Source of the DNA: a virus
Virus record (IMG/VR): IMGVR_UViG_3300025889_000073
Coordinates: 96,001 to 160,000 of that record
DNA length: 64,000 nucleotides
Direction: 5' to 3' (one strand)
In this document: in pieces, positions 50,619 through 60,213 of the stretch
How positions within the stretch are numbered: position 1 is the stretch's first letter
How the letters are laid out: every line of letters begins with the position of its first letter
Position numbers and translations under genes: made by a program
Notes under the pieces: model-generated
Seen by the model: the letters and a program-made list of their open reading frames with translations, nothing else
Told to the model about the DNA's origin: nothing
Databases searched by the model: none

Positions 50619-51152
50619 ATGGCTAAATCAAATCATTATATCAACAATGCAGATTTTTTGACTGCTCTTATAGAGTATAAAAAGGCCTGTAAACAGGCAG
50701 AAAAAGATAGTTTGGAGGAACCAAATATTCCGAATTATATCGGTGAATGTTTTTATAAAATTGCAGAACACCTTTCCCGTAAACCAAATTTTGTTTCTTA
50801 TTCTTTCCGAGATGAAATGATTTCAGACGGTATAGAAAATTGTCTAATGTACTTCCGTAATTTTAACCCGGATAAAAGTAAAAATCCATTTGCTTATTTT
50901 ACTCAAATCATATATTATGCTTTTCTCCGCAGAATTATGAAAGAGAAGAAACAACTCTATGTGAAATACAAGGCAACAGAACAATACGGCATCATTGATG
51001 AATTTGAAATGTTTGAAGATGCTGAAGGTAATATTAGGCAATTCGAACTATATGAAAACATTTCGGAATTTATACAAAACTTTGAGGAAAATAAACGCAA
51101 GAAAAAAGAAGGTAAGGTAAAAGGTATTGAAAAATTTATTGGAGATATTTAA
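50619..51152 (+). CDS. gp55: Late-transcription sigma factor gp55
   Basis: HY+NN..F..AL, YIGECF.KIA..LS.+PNF..Y and NPFAYFTQI.YYAFLRRI.KEK+Q motifs; start placed at MAKSNHY. Confidence 0.95.
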   Translation: MAKSNHYINNADFLTALIEYKKACKQAEKDSLEEPNIPNYIGECFYKIAEHLSRKPNFVSYSFRDEMISDGIENCLMYFRNFNPDKSKNPFAYFTQIIYYAFLRRIMKEKKQLYVKYKATEQYGIIDEFEMFEDAEGNIRQFELYENISEFIQNFEENKRKKKEGKVKGIEKFIGDI

Positions 51153-51153
51153 T

Positions 51154-51330
51154 ATGCAAAAACAAAAAATTGAACATCACATTGAACGACTGAAAGAAAA
51201 ACACAAAGACTTAGAGTTGGATTTAATGGAAGCTCACGCACAATGGAACGATACTCTTGCCGCACAAATTAAAAAAGAAAAGTTAAAATTAAAAGACGAA
51301 ATTGAAAAACTTAAAACACAGATATCATGA
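51154..51330 (+). CDS. Small DUF465/YdcH-like coiled-coil protein
   Basis: L.E.H..L ... +KK.KL.LKDEI pattern. Confidence 0.65.
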   Translation: MQKQKIEHHIERLKEKHKDLELDLMEAHAQWNDTLAAQIKKEKLKLKDEIEKLKTQIS

Positions 51331-52400
51331 AAATATGTATACTTGGTGACACTCACTTCGGTGCTCGAGGGGATTCTTTAGACTTTCACAAATACTTCCA
51401 AAAATTTTACGATGATGTTTTGTTTCCTTATCTTTTGGAAAATAAAATTGATGTTGTCATGCAAATGGGAGATTTATTTGATAGGCGAAAGTTTGTCAAC
51501 TTTAACTCACTTTATCTTTCCCGTAAATATTTCTTTGACAAACTACAAGAAAATAATATTCAATTGTATACTTTGGTCGGTAACCATGATGTTGCCTTTA
51601 AGAACACACTTGAGGTAAATTCACCATCGTTATTGTTGAACGAATACAAGAATATTTTCCTTGTAGAACAATTTTGGACGGAAGATTTTGATGGTGTCAA
51701 AATTGATATTGTGCCTTGGATTTGTGATGAAAATCAAAAAGAAATTTTCGATAAAATGAAGGCATCCAAATCTCAAATTTGTTTTGGGCATTTTGAGATT
51801 GCGGGTTTTGAGATGGACAAAGGCAATATTTGTGACCATGGGCTTGACAAAAAGGCCTTGGACAAGTATGATGTCGTATTGTCTGGACATTTTCATCATA
51901 AATCAACTGATGGTAATATTACTTATGTTGGTACTCCTTATGAAATGACATGGGCAGACTATAATGACCCGAAAGGTTTTCATATTTTTGATACCGACAC
52001 CAGAGAATTGGAGTTCATAAAAAACCCATTCACAATGTTCAATAAAATATTGTATGATGACAATGCTTCGGATTTTGAACAATGGAAAAATTATAACTAT
52101 GCTGATAAAAAGAACACTTACGTCAAAGTTGTAGTTATAAACAAACAGAATCCTTTCTTGTTTGATTTTGTTATTGATAATTTGTACAAGGCAGGAATTT
52201 CCGACTTATCTATTGTGGAAGATTTTAATGACTTGTATCTGATTGATGACCAAGACATTGTTGACCAGGCAGAAGATACTATGACCATCTTGTCTAAGTA
52301 TATTGATAACTTAACACTTGATGTTGAACCTGATAAATTGAAAACTTTGATGAGAGAACTTTATGTTGAAGCACTTAATGTTTCAGAAGTGGCTGAATGA
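51327..52400 (+). CDS. gp47: Recombination endonuclease subunit gp47 (Mre11/SbcD-like)
   Basis: DTHFG, GDLFDRR, GNHD, GHFE and SGHFH metallophosphoesterase motifs. Confidence 0.95.
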   Translation: MKICILGDTHFGARGDSLDFHKYFQKFYDDVLFPYLLENKIDVVMQMGDLFDRRKFVNFNSLYLSRKYFFDKLQENNIQLYTLVGNHDVAFKNTLEVNSPSLLLNEYKNIFLVEQFWTEDFDGVKIDIVPWICDENQKEIFDKMKASKSQICFGHFEIAGFEMDKGNICDHGLDKKALDKYDVVLSGHFHHKSTDGNITYVGTPYEMTWADYNDPKGFHIFDTDTRELEFIKNPFTMFNKILYDDNASDFEQWKNYNYADKKNTYVKVVVINKQNPFLFDFVIDNLYKAGISDLSIVEDFNDLYLIDDQDIVDQAEDTMTILSKYIDNLTLDVEPDKLKTLMRELYVEALNVSEVAE

Positions 52401-54109
52401 TTTTATTTGAAAATATACGATGGAAAAATTTATTAAGTACCGGTAATTATTTCACAGAGATTTCTCTGTCTAATAATGCAAACACTTTAATCGTAGGTGA
52501 AAATGGTTCTGGAAAAAGCACGATGCTTGATGCATTGTGTTTTGCTTTGTTTGGCAAACCATTTCGTGATATTAATAAACCACAGTTACTAAATTCCATC
52601 AATGGAAAAGATTGTGTTGTTGAAGTTAAGTTCAAAATTGGCAACAACAACTATAATATCATTCGAGGTATCAAACCTAACATATTTGAAATATACTGCA
52701 ATGGTGATTTACTAAATCAAGATGCTGCATCCAGAGACTACCAGGAACACTTGGAGAAGTTCATCCTTAAAATGAACTACAAATCTTTCACTCAGATAGT
52801 TATTCTTGGTTCGGCATCTTTTACACCCTTTATGCAATTGAAGGCAGCTGACCGTAGGGAAATTATTGAAGACCTTCTTGATATACAAATCTTTTCTACA
52901 ATGAATGGCTTGGTTAAAGAACGATTATCAAATAATAAAGACTTAACAACTACCAAAAAACATGAGATAGATTTAACTCAACAGAAATATGATATGCAGA
53001 AAAAGCATATTGATAATCTGAAACAAAACAATGATGATAAGGTGAATCAATATGTTGTTGAAATAGACAACAATAATGCCATAGTTAATTCTTTGTTGTC
53101 CAATGTTGCAATACTTACGACACAAACAGAAGAACTACAGAAAATTGTAAGTAATAAAATTGACACCGAAAACAAGGTCAAAAAAATTACAAAGTTTGAA
53201 TCTCAAATAGAAAGTAACCTATCCAAGTTTAGAAAAGATATTGGGTTTTTTCAAACACATGATAATTGTCCAACTTGCCGGCAGGCCATCGAAGAAGGTT
53301 TTAAAGAAGAAGAACTAAACAATTTGAACAATAAAGTTTCTGAATGTGAACATGGTTTATCTGAACTTGAAAAGAAACTGTTGGTAGAACAAAACAAATT
53401 AAATGACATATCAGAAAAACAAAAAGAACTCAATCAGAAACAAGTAGAAATTGCCACTATTAATACTACAATCACCGAAACAAATAAGATGATTGCTAGG
53501 TTGAATAGGTTGGTTGAAGAACTTAAAGACACAAAGCAATTTACCGATAAAGAAGAACAAGAATTAAACATCATTAATGATACATTAAATGACTTAAAGC
53601 AACATTTACGCACTCTTATAGATGAAAAAACATATTATGAAGTCGCATCAACATTGTTGCGTGATAATGGTATTAAAACAAAGATTGTCAAACAGTATTT
53701 ACCTGTTATCAATAAATTAGTCAACAAGTATTTGGCTTCTTTGGACTTTTTTGTAAACTTCAACCTTGATGAATCATTTAAAGAAACGATTAAATCTAGA
53801 CATAGAGACGAGTTTAGTTATCATAATTTTTCTGAAGGTGAAAAACAACGCATTGATATGGCATTGATGTTAACTTGGCGGTCTATTGCAAAACTTAGAA
53901 ATTCTGCCAACACAAATCTTTTAATACTTGATGAGACATTTGATTCTTCACTTGATACTAACGGCACGGAAGAATTGATGAAGATACTTCATATGTTAGA
54001 AGGTGTAAACCTGTTTGTCATTTCACATAAAGGTGATATATTACAGGATAAATTTTTAAATGTTATTAGATTTTCAAAAGAAAAGAATTTTTCGAGGATA
54101 GTAAAATGA
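52397..54109 (+). CDS. gp46: Recombination endonuclease subunit gp46 (Rad50/SbcC-like)
   Basis: GENGSGKST, CPTC zinc hook, FSEGEK and LILDE motifs. Confidence 0.96.
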   Translation: MILFENIRWKNLLSTGNYFTEISLSNNANTLIVGENGSGKSTMLDALCFALFGKPFRDINKPQLLNSINGKDCVVEVKFKIGNNNYNIIRGIKPNIFEIYCNGDLLNQDAASRDYQEHLEKFILKMNYKSFTQIVILGSASFTPFMQLKAADRREIIEDLLDIQIFSTMNGLVKERLSNNKDLTTTKKHEIDLTQQKYDMQKKHIDNLKQNNDDKVNQYVVEIDNNNAIVNSLLSNVAILTTQTEELQKIVSNKIDTENKVKKITKFESQIESNLSKFRKDIGFFQTHDNCPTCRQAIEEGFKEEELNNLNNKVSECEHGLSELEKKLLVEQNKLNDISEKQKELNQKQVEIATINTTITETNKMIARLNRLVEELKDTKQFTDKEEQELNIINDTLNDLKQHLRTLIDEKTYYEVASTLLRDNGIKTKIVKQYLPVINKLVNKYLASLDFFVNFNLDESFKETIKSRHRDEFSYHNFSEGEKQRIDMALMLTWRSIAKLRNSANTNLLILDETFDSSLDTNGTEELMKILHMLEGVNLFVISHKGDILQDKFLNVIRFSKEKNFSRIVK

Positions 54110-54687
54110 GTGATATATTAACAATTGATACTTCAAAAGATTTGTATACTAATTCTAAACCATTAGAACCTTTGCCTCTGTTTGATGATAATCATCCTTA
54201 TCTATCTAAAGTTATGCCTGATTACGATACTACGGCACTACCTAATACGAAAATGACAAACTTGGTACAACAATTGAAGATGACTATGAAACGATATGGC
54301 GGCATAGGGTTATCTGCCAATCAATGTGGTGTTATTGAAAGAATCTTTGTAATTGGCCATGAAGATTTCTCTTTGACTTGTATTAACCCAAAAGTTGTTG
54401 AACTTTCGGAAGACTTGGCAAGTCAGAGTGAAGGTTGCCTCAGCTACCCAGGTTTATATCTTAAAATAAAAAGACCGTCTTGGATTGTAGGTGAATTTAC
54501 CACAGAAGAAGGCAAGACTGAACGTATGAGAATGGAAGGTGTAACTGCTAGATGTTTCCTACATGAACTGGACCACATGGACGGTAAAAAGTTTGTTGAA
54601 CTTGTTGGTCCTGCAACACTAATGACGGCTAAAAGAAAACAAGAAAAGATGATGAAGAAATTTGTTAGAAAGCAAAAGAAAAAATAA
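54106..54687 (+). CDS. def: Peptide deformylase
   Basis: GIGLSANQ, EGCLS and HELDH motifs. Confidence 0.95.
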   Translation: MSDILTIDTSKDLYTNSKPLEPLPLFDDNHPYLSKVMPDYDTTALPNTKMTNLVQQLKMTMKRYGGIGLSANQCGVIERIFVIGHEDFSLTCINPKVVELSEDLASQSEGCLSYPGLYLKIKRPSWIVGEFTTEEGKTERMRMEGVTARCFLHELDHMDGKKFVELVGPATLMTAKRKQEKMMKKFVRKQKKK

Positions 54688-55961
54688 TGTCATATTCATT
54701 CGACCCTAAAGACGATGTAGAAACACAATGGCAGAAATGGCAAGATTCCGGCCTTGAGTTTGAAAACATTGATACTGATAAACTTCGTGAGAAAACTATT
54801 GAAGAACTCACTTATGTTTCTCAAATGGATGTCCGTGAATACACACTATTCCAAAAGTGGTGTGAAGTACAAGACAAATACCCTTCTGTTGTTGTAAATG
54901 ATTTGTGGGAAGGTGAAAGACTTGTACTGAAAGATGAAAGTCAACGGCGTGATATTGAAGAAGTGAAAACTAATATTTGGATGCCACAAGACCCAGAAGA
55001 ATATTTGGCATTAGAACCTGAACTGGTCTATGCCAACAAACAAGATGATTTGCCTGAATTGTGGAACTGTATTCGTACATTCTCATCCACAATGAAGAAC
55101 AATGCCAATATTGGGCGTAATCTAAACTTTATTGTAAAAGATAAAATTACAAAGAAGTATCTTGGTGTTATTTGTATTTCATCTGATTTCTTAGACTTAA
55201 CACCGAGAGACAAGTACATTGGTTGGGACAGAGAACTCAAAACCAAGAAGATGATTAATCATAGTGCCATTGGTTCTACAATTGTGCCTTTGCAACCACT
55301 TGGTTTTAATTATGTTGGTGGTAAGTTACTTGCTCTATTGTGTCTATCTGATGACGTACAAGAAAAGTGGAAAGAATTGTATGGTGATATACTTGCAGCT
55401 GTCACCACAACATCTCTTTATGGTAAGACCAAGGCTGGTGGGTTATCACAATACGATAACTTAGATTATTGGCAGTCTATGGGTTTCACAGCAGGTTCTG
55501 TCTCATTCGAACCACTAAAAGAAACACGATACATGATTCGGGAATGGCTGAAAACAAATCACACTAGAAAATACTTTGATTGGTATGTTGCAAAGAAACC
55601 ATCAGGTCAACCACATAAGCGTGACCATAAGAATCGTTCACTTCAATTTGTTTACTCTCAATTAAATATACCAAAAGAATTAATCAAATCAGAACACGCT
55701 CGGGGAATTTATTGGTCGCCACTTTATGCAGAAACCTGTGAGTTTCTCCGAGGCGAACATGATGGCAAAAATATGAAAAAGTGTTTTGAATCTAGTGTAA
55801 ATGACCTAAGTAATATATGGAAACAGAAGCACGCCAAGCCAAGAATCAAACAATTGGTTAAAAAAGGCAGAGTTTCACATGAAACCTTGTTCTACGACAA
55901 TTTGGCAATTATGAATTGGGAACAGGTGAAAGAACAATATTTGCCACAAGTCGGCCGATAA
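54687..55961 (+). CDS. DUF4338 / DruA-like protein
   Basis: GR.L.F+V.D....K.LG, RD..IGW, GGKLLALL, TTTSLYG and SQY..L motifs characteristic of DUF4338. Confidence 0.7.
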   Translation: MSYSFDPKDDVETQWQKWQDSGLEFENIDTDKLREKTIEELTYVSQMDVREYTLFQKWCEVQDKYPSVVVNDLWEGERLVLKDESQRRDIEEVKTNIWMPQDPEEYLALEPELVYANKQDDLPELWNCIRTFSSTMKNNANIGRNLNFIVKDKITKKYLGVICISSDFLDLTPRDKYIGWDRELKTKKMINHSAIGSTIVPLQPLGFNYVGGKLLALLCLSDDVQEKWKELYGDILAAVTTTSLYGKTKAGGLSQYDNLDYWQSMGFTAGSVSFEPLKETRYMIREWLKTNHTRKYFDWYVAKKPSGQPHKRDHKNRSLQFVYSQLNIPKELIKSEHARGIYWSPLYAETCEFLRGEHDGKNMKKCFESSVNDLSNIWKQKHAKPRIKQLVKKGRVSHETLFYDNLAIMNWEQVKEQYLPQVGR

Positions 55962-55984
55962 TTTGTTATAATATATCTTTAAAT

Positions 55985-56058
55985 GCGGATGTAGTTCAAT
56001 GGTAGAACGGCAGCCTTCCAAGCTTCATATGTGGGTTCGATTCCCTCCATCCGCTCCA
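55985..56058 (+). tRNA. tRNA-Gly (anticodon TCC), CCA encoded
   Basis: Acceptor GCGGATG/CATCCGC, D-arm GTTC/GAAC, anticodon loop CT-TCC-AA, T-loop TTCGATT, discriminator T, then CCA. Confidence 0.92.
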
Positions 56059-56130
56059 TTAATACTAAAGTATTAAAAGTGAGTACTCACTAACTTATGT
56101 TGTTAAAATGCAACAAAAGTCAAAAAACGC

Positions 56131-56159
56131 TTGACACCTCACTCAAAATGGATTATAAT
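56131..56159 (+). promoter_or_regulatory. Consensus sigma70 (early) promoter
   Basis: TTGACA-17 nt-TATAAT, followed by an AAGGA Shine-Dalgarno. Confidence 0.9.
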
Positions 56160-56187
56160 ACCACCATAAATTGGTAAAGGATTTATT

Positions 56188-58536
56188 ATGACATTTACGG
56201 TTCAACAAAAAACGGCACTAGCCAAACTAATGGCAACCGAGAACCTAACGGTTGAACACCAAAAAATTCAAACCGCAAAATTTGACCCTATTAAACGGGT
56301 ACTTTATTTGCCAATTTGGCAAGATATGAATGGTTTTATGTATGACCTTTTGACCGGCCATGAAGTTGGCCATGCTTTGTATACTCCTGCCGAAGGCTGG
56401 CATGATGTTGCTTCTGATACATCCAAAGGTCGTTATTATAAAAACTTTTTAAATGTTGTTGAGGACGCTCGAATTGAGAAAAAAGTCCAGCGTAAATATC
56501 CTGGTCTCCGTCCTTCCTTCATTAAAGCTTATAATGAATTAATGAATCGTGATTTCTTTGGTATTAAAAATAAAGAAATCGATGGTCTGCCTTTTATTGA
56601 CCGTCTAAACATTTTCACCAAATCGCAATATAGTGCTTCTTGGATTTCTTTTAGTGCTCAGGAAGAATTAATTATCGAGCGTATCAAAACACTTGAAACT
56701 TGGGATGATGTACTAAAATTAACCCAACAAATTTATGATTACTCTAAGGAAGAGCAATCAGAAATGTTTGAGGAAGTATATAACGATTTTGATTTCGATG
56801 ATAACAATTATGATTATGATTCCGATGAATATGATAATTATGATGATTATGGTGATTCAACTGAAACGGAAGACTTAAACGACAATTTTCAAAACAAAAA
56901 TTCTGACAAACCAGAAGATAATGATGAAAATGATAATGATGATGTTTCCAGTGATGAAAATTCGGAAAACACGGAAGATGATACAACCGGAAAAATAAAT
57001 CGTTTTAAAGATTCTAATCCTTATGATGGCCAATTTCAACCTCGGTGTCAAACTGATGAAACTTTCCGTCAAAAAGAATCAATTCTGCTTAATGAAAAAT
57101 CAAAAGAATATGTTTATATACAAATTCCAAAACCTAAATTGGAAAAAATTATAACTCCATGGAAACGTGTTCAGGAACAAATGACTAAACACTATGAAAC
57201 TGAAATATCAGAATACGGTCTTTATACTAAAGAGGATGTCAATTCTTGGGTAAAAGATTTTAAAAACAAAAATGAGCGTTATGTTGGTTTGCTTGCAAAA
57301 GAATTTGAAATGCGTAAAGCCGCCAAAGCGTTTAGTAAATTAAAAATTTCTGATACTGGTGATATCGATATTAATAAATTGGCATCATATAAATTTGATG
57401 ATAATATTTTCCGTAAAGTTATGAGGGTGCCAAAAGGCAAATCTCACGGACTTGTACTATTGTTAGATAAATCTGGTTCTATGGGTGATAACATGGCCGG
57501 TTCTATCGAACAAATATTGGTGCTTTCTTTGTTTTGTCGCAAAGTGAGTATTCCTTTTGTTGTTTATGGTTTTGGTAATTCAACAGAAGCATTGGCTTGT
57601 GATTTAGGTTGTGACATGAGTGACCGAACAAAATTGGTTGATTACTGGAATACCTTTGAAACAAATGAAGGAACTCTCTCCCTTGATGGTGTTCGTTTGC
57701 GTGAATATTTAAATTCATCTATGACAAATGCTGAGTTTTCTATGGCTTTGCGTAATATGATTTGTTTGCAATCTGCTTTCGAACGCCGTTATTCAAATTA
57801 TTATAGTGGCCGCCGAGCTTATGCAATTCCTCTATCGGAAGAAATGTCCAACACTCCACTTACTGAAGCTATTGTTGCAACAGCATCAATCATGAAAGAT
57901 TTCAAACGTAAACATAATTTAGACCTTACAAGTTTGGTTATTGTCCACGATGGTGATGCTGATTGGGTTCGTTGTTATAATACTATCATTACAAGCAAAG
58001 ACGGTGAAAGTAGATTATCCCGTGAACAATTTAATACAGAATCCCAAAATGTGATTTTGTGTGACCGTAAAAATAAATATGAAAAGAAATTGAAATGGTT
58101 GTTTCAAAAAAATAATATAATGTATGATGTTTTAGATTGGTTCAAATCAACCACAGGTTCAAAAGTTTTTGGTTTCTTTTTGACTGGTTCTAAAACATCA
58201 CACATAAAAAATTCCATTTATCATCGTTACCATTTTGAAGATGGAAGTGATTTGCAACAAATTAGGAACCGAAGCTTTTATTCTTTTGATGACAAACTGA
58301 AACAATTGGTCAAACAAATGAAAAAAGATAAGTTTCTTTCCAGTAAACCACAAGGATATGATAATTTTTTCCTGATTACTGGTGGCGATGACTTGAAAAC
58401 TGAACAGGAAGAAATTGATGTTGGTGAAGGTAAAGTTACTTCTGCTAAATTGACAAAAGCTTTTATGAAATTCAATAAGAAAAAATCAATTAACCGTGTT
58501 TTGGTATCTAAATTCATTGAAGGAATGTCTACCTAA
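56188..58536 (+). CDS. CobT-like VWA-domain protein with an N-terminal HExxH motif
   Basis: HEVGH, NVVED.RIE, acidic linker, MIDAS-like D.SGSM, TP and DG motifs; adjacent to an AAA ATPase. Confidence 0.8.
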   Translation: MTFTVQQKTALAKLMATENLTVEHQKIQTAKFDPIKRVLYLPIWQDMNGFMYDLLTGHEVGHALYTPAEGWHDVASDTSKGRYYKNFLNVVEDARIEKKVQRKYPGLRPSFIKAYNELMNRDFFGIKNKEIDGLPFIDRLNIFTKSQYSASWISFSAQEELIIERIKTLETWDDVLKLTQQIYDYSKEEQSEMFEEVYNDFDFDDNNYDYDSDEYDNYDDYGDSTETEDLNDNFQNKNSDKPEDNDENDNDDVSSDENSENTEDDTTGKINRFKDSNPYDGQFQPRCQTDETFRQKESILLNEKSKEYVYIQIPKPKLEKIITPWKRVQEQMTKHYETEISEYGLYTKEDVNSWVKDFKNKNERYVGLLAKEFEMRKAAKAFSKLKISDTGDIDINKLASYKFDDNIFRKVMRVPKGKSHGLVLLLDKSGSMGDNMAGSIEQILVLSLFCRKVSIPFVVYGFGNSTEALACDLGCDMSDRTKLVDYWNTFETNEGTLSLDGVRLREYLNSSMTNAEFSMALRNMICLQSAFERRYSNYYSGRRAYAIPLSEEMSNTPLTEAIVATASIMKDFKRKHNLDLTSLVIVHDGDADWVRCYNTIITSKDGESRLSREQFNTESQNVILCDRKNKYEKKLKWLFQKNNIMYDVLDWFKSTTGSKVFGFFLTGSKTSHIKNSIYHRYHFEDGSDLQQIRNRSFYSFDDKLKQLVKQMKKDKFLSSKPQGYDNFFLITGGDDLKTEQEEIDVGEGKVTSAKLTKAFMKFNKKKSINRVLVSKFIEGMST

Positions 58537-58563
58537 ATTGTTGTTTTTGTGCGACACAGCTGG

Positions 58564-58592
58564 TTGCCAAACCTATCCGGTTGTGTTATAAT
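58564..58592 (+). promoter_or_regulatory. Sigma70-type promoter before the AAA ATPase
   Basis: TTGCCA-17 nt-TATAAT with an extended -10 (TGT). Confidence 0.75.
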
Positions 58593-58625
58593 TCTTTATA
58601 AATTGTGAAAAAGGAAATTTTTATT

Positions 58626-59801
58626 ATGGCAAAGCGTTCTGAAATCCGTGAAAAATTCATCAATGCCTTGGCTGCGACTGGCCAAGATACCGTTACGGTC
58701 GATGAAATTAAAACTATTTGTTCGCAAATTGATATTGCTCACCCCTACTGGTTTACTAATGACACCTCAAATCGTGTAAAACGTGGTACATATAAAGTGC
58801 CTGGTGTTACTGGTGTTGCTTTACAAGCGCAAGTGATTCCTATGACAAAACCTGTTGAGAAATCTTCTAACAAAATTGTAAATGTTCAAACTGAATTGGA
58901 AGAAACCAATTTGGTTCCTACGTCATATACTAACTATGTTCCATTTGGCAACTTTGATGATGTTTTGTCAATCGTTAAATCGATGCGTTTCTTTCCCGTT
59001 TTTGTTTCTGGCCATTCTGGTAACGGCAAGACCATGTCAATTGAACAGGCCTGTGCCAAGGCCAAACGTAAATTTGTTTGCGTTTCTATGACACCAGAAA
59101 CCGATGAGAGTGACCTTCTTGGTAATTATGTACTAATCGATGGTAATATGGAATGGCGTGATGGTCCTGTGACTACTGCTGCTCGCCAAGGCGCTGTCCT
59201 TTGTATTGATGAAATCGATTATGGTGCTCAGAACCTGTCCTCATTGCAACGGGTGCTTGAAGGCAAACCCTTTATGCTTAAGAAAAAAGGTGAATTGATT
59301 ACACCTGCACCTGGTTTCACCGTGTTTGCTACTGCCAACACCAAAGGTAAAGGTTCGGATGATGGTCGTTATATGTTCACCAATGTTCTCAACGAAGCTT
59401 TTCTTGAGCGTTTTCGTACCACGATGGAACAGGAGTTTCCGCCCGTAACTATTGAACGTAAAATCATTAAAAAAGAATTGGCCTCTGCTGGCCGTGAAGA
59501 TGATGATTTTGCTGAAAAACTTGTAACATGGGCTGATGTTATTCGCAAAACATTCGCCGATGGCGGTTGCGATGAGGTGATTTCTACTCGGCGCTTGGTT
59601 CATATTGTTGAAACTTATGGTATCTTTGGTGATAAAATCAAAGCACTTACCTTGTGTTTGAACCGTTTTGACGATGACACCAAGGCATCATTTGTTGATT
59701 TATATACCAAAGTTGATGCTGGTGCTTCTGCCGAACAAATTCTAACGGAACAACCAGAACAAACAGAAACTGGTGTAGGTGATAATGATATCCCGTTTTA
59801 A
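58626..59801 (+). CDS. MoxR/CobS-like AAA+ ATPase
   Basis: GHSGNGKT, LCIDEID, ATANTKG.G, NEAFLERF and ISTRRL motifs; start placed at MAKRS after AAGGA. Confidence 0.88.
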   Translation: MAKRSEIREKFINALAATGQDTVTVDEIKTICSQIDIAHPYWFTNDTSNRVKRGTYKVPGVTGVALQAQVIPMTKPVEKSSNKIVNVQTELEETNLVPTSYTNYVPFGNFDDVLSIVKSMRFFPVFVSGHSGNGKTMSIEQACAKAKRKFVCVSMTPETDESDLLGNYVLIDGNMEWRDGPVTTAARQGAVLCIDEIDYGAQNLSSLQRVLEGKPFMLKKKGELITPAPGFTVFATANTKGKGSDDGRYMFTNVLNEAFLERFRTTMEQEFPPVTIERKIIKKELASAGREDDDFAEKLVTWADVIRKTFADGGCDEVISTRRLVHIVETYGIFGDKIKALTLCLNRFDDDTKASFVDLYTKVDAGASAEQILTEQPEQTETGVGDNDIPF

Positions 59802-59819
59802 TCTCTGCCTGTATAAGTA

Positions 59820-59848
59820 TTGACATTCCATACTTAATACAATATAAT
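59820..59848 (+). promoter_or_regulatory. Consensus sigma70 promoter
   Basis: TTGACA-17 nt-TATAAT. Confidence 0.9.
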
Positions 59849-59854
59849 CAACGA

Positions 59855-59900
59855 ATTGCAGGGACGGGCCGCCTCTGTAATATTTTCCCAAGTGCGGCCC
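59855..59900 (+). promoter_or_regulatory. Predicted H-type RNA pseudoknot in the 5' leader
   Basis: Stem 1 ATTGCAGGG (59855-63) / CTCTGTAAT (59873-81); stem 2 GGGCCGC (59866-72) / GCGGCCC (59894-900). Confidence 0.7.
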
Positions 59901-59922
59901 ATTTTCTATAAGGAAATTTGTA

Positions 59923-60195
59923 ATGTCTGTTAAAGCTAAAGTTCTAGCGTATCTTTCGAAAGATTCGGAGTATAATACTCTAACCGCAAATAAAATGCGT
60001 TCCGTTTTCGGCGCAAAAAACCCCTCGGCCGTCATTGACGAGCTGCGTAAAGAGGGTCATGCTATTTACTTGAATAGCCGTACCAATGCAAGTGGCGAGA
60101 AAGTTTCTTTCTACCGTCTTGGTACTCCAACCAAGCGTATGATTGCTGCTGGTATCGCAGCCCTGCGTAATTCAGGTGTTCGTGCTTTTGCCTAA
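59923..60195 (+). CDS. Small winged-HTH-like protein
   Basis: K.KVL.YL.....LT...+...FG..NPSA.I.ELRK.G..I...YRLG.P pattern; basic; own promoter and terminator. Confidence 0.7.
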   Translation: MSVKAKVLAYLSKDSEYNTLTANKMRSVFGAKNPSAVIDELRKEGHAIYLNSRTNASGEKVSFYRLGTPTKRMIAAGIAALRNSGVRAFA

Positions 60196-60213
60196 ATAAT
60201 CTAAAAGCCGTTT

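Noticed and set aside
56790-56990. GAT/AAT-rich low-complexity stretch
   Set aside because: It encodes the acidic linker of the VWA protein and is not an independent repeat element.
56188-59801. Cobalamin biosynthesis (cobS/cobT) interpretation
   Set aside because: No cobN or other cob genes in the window; a generic MoxR-VWA pair is the better description.
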